Positions 63,255 through 64,000 of a stretch of DNA of 64,000 bases are shown here, one piece after another. Made by a program: the position numbers and the translations under genes. The stretch's first letter is position 1, and each line of letters starts with the position of its first letter. The stretch is from Actinomycetales bacterium (GTDB taxonomy: Bacteria; Actinomycetota; Actinomycetes; S36-B12), in assembly GCA_018970025.1 (NCBI GenBank), contig JAGWXF010000011.1, forward strand, positions 8,898 through 72,897, in the 5' to 3' direction. The notes beneath the pieces are model-generated. The model was not told the DNA's origin, searched no databases, and was given only the letters and a program-made list of their open reading frames with translations.

Positions 63255-64000
63255 ATGCGCTGGCTGCGGTCGATAGGCCTGACCCTCGGCAGCATCGGGG
63301 TGCTCGGCCTTGCTCTCACCCACGGCCCCAGCGCGATCGCGGCCCAGGCCGGGCCGAGGGTGGCCGGCCACGCCAGCATCCCGAGCCAGCCCACGGCCGT
63401 GGCCGTCAGCCCCGACGGCGCGCGCCTGTATGTCACCAGCGCACAGGCATCCGTCCTCACTGCGCTCGATGCGGCGAGCCTGCAGGTCCTGTGGAGCGTG
63501 CCCATCGCCGGTGGCGCCGACGACGTGGTCGTGGCCCCATCCGGTGCCGTCGGCTACGTCGCGAGCAGCGGGTCGCGATCCGTCAGCGTCGTCGACCTGC
63601 GCCAGGGCTCGGTGCGCTCGACGGTCACGGTCAAGGCAGGTGCCGATGCCCTTGCCGTGACCCCCGATGGATCGCAGGTGTGGGTGCTGTCCAGTGGCGG
63701 GGAGCAGAACCTCAGTGGCGGGGCGACCAGTCGCAATGCCGGGACGCTGACCGTCGTCAGCGGACGGACCCTCCGCCCGTCTCGAACGATGCCGGCGGGG
63801 ACGATCCCGCGAGAGGTGGTCATCAGCCCATCCGGCGCTCGCGCCTACGTGCTCAGCTGGGGATCGAATGAGGTCTGGGCCTACAACGCACGTTCCTTCC
63901 GGGTCCTCGACCGGATCGCGACGCGCAGCTGGCCGAATGCATTGGCCATCAATCCGGAGGGCACCAGGCTCCTGGTTGCCCACTCGGTGCCAGGTGCGGT
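63255..64000 (+). CDS. secreted YVTN/YncE-type beta-propeller repeat protein (3' end outside window)
   Basis: Not in the ORF track because the frame has no stop before the window end. ATG 63255 follows GGAGG (63241-45). Signal peptide MRWLRSIGLTLGSIGVLGLALTHGPSAIAAQA, then repeats …AVAVSPDGARLYVTS…, …VVVAPSGAVGYVASS…, …LAVTPDGSQVWVLS…, …VVISPSGARAYVLS…, …LAINPEGTRLLVAH…. Confidence 0.75.
   Translation, partial: MRWLRSIGLTLGSIGVLGLALTHGPSAIAAQAGPRVAGHASIPSQPTAVAVSPDGARLYVTSAQASVLTALDAASLQVLWSVPIAGGADDVVVAPSGAVGYVASSGSRSVSVVDLRQGSVRSTVTVKAGADALAVTPDGSQVWVLSSGGEQNLSGGATSRNAGTLTVVSGRTLRPSRTMPAGTIPREVVISPSGARAYVLSWGSNEVWAYNARSFRVLDRIATRSWPNALAINPEGTRLLVAHSVPGA

Noticed and set aside
62688-63983. 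431-aa minus-strand ORF at the right edge
   Set aside because: Antisense to the thioredoxin remnant and to the YVTN beta-propeller gene, which has an SD, a signal peptide and clear repeats. The translation is Arg/Gly-rich nonsense.

Overview
High-GC actinobacterial chromosome segment, densely coding on both strands, with frequent GTG/TTG starts and 4-nt ATGA/GTGA overlaps. The run clpS-DUF2017-mec-cysO-cysM-murI-MBL-rph-rdgB matches the order I recall for M. tuberculosis Rv1331-Rv1341; the genus cannot be named from sequence alone. Left to right: (1) a myo-inositol catabolic cluster (LacI-type regulator, iolG, IolE-like, iolC, class I aldolase, iolB, and iolD broken by a frameshift in a G5 run); (2) envelope and membrane genes; (3) a ~3.9 kb visibly lower-GC patch (14.1-18.1 kb) of gene remnants, holding two toxin-antitoxin loci with broken toxins and two tRNA-3'-end-like fragments that share a 17-nt direct repeat; (4) VKOR, GH3, two RNA methyltransferases and tesB; (5) a two-Cys CsoR/CstR-like repressor with a C-S lyase; (6) pckG, ornithine carbamoyltransferase, whiB and an amino-acid ABC transporter; (7) PBP4 and GH18; (8) the Mec/CysO/CysM thiocarboxylate cysteine module; (9) tRNA-Leu(UAG), bcp and a CbiMNQO-type ECF Co/Ni transporter; (10) a SAM-I riboswitch in front of a thrC-like gene coupled to a second MoaD-type sulfur carrier (MetM/MetO-like); (11) a metzincin and tRNA-Lys(CUU); (12) a rearranged patch with a tandem-TetR gene, a 5'-truncated and frameshifted GLUG/OmpA surface-protein gene, an SGNH lipase and a thioredoxin remnant lacking its CxxC. 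I recognised no CRISPR array, rRNA, transposase or integrase. Best leads: the riboswitch-controlled thrC-like/sulfur-carrier pair, the decayed TA islet flanked by tRNA-like repeats, the CstR-like/C-S-lyase pair, and the triplicated CbiM N-terminus. Many long ORFs in the track are antisense shadow ORFs typical of high-GC DNA and were discarded.
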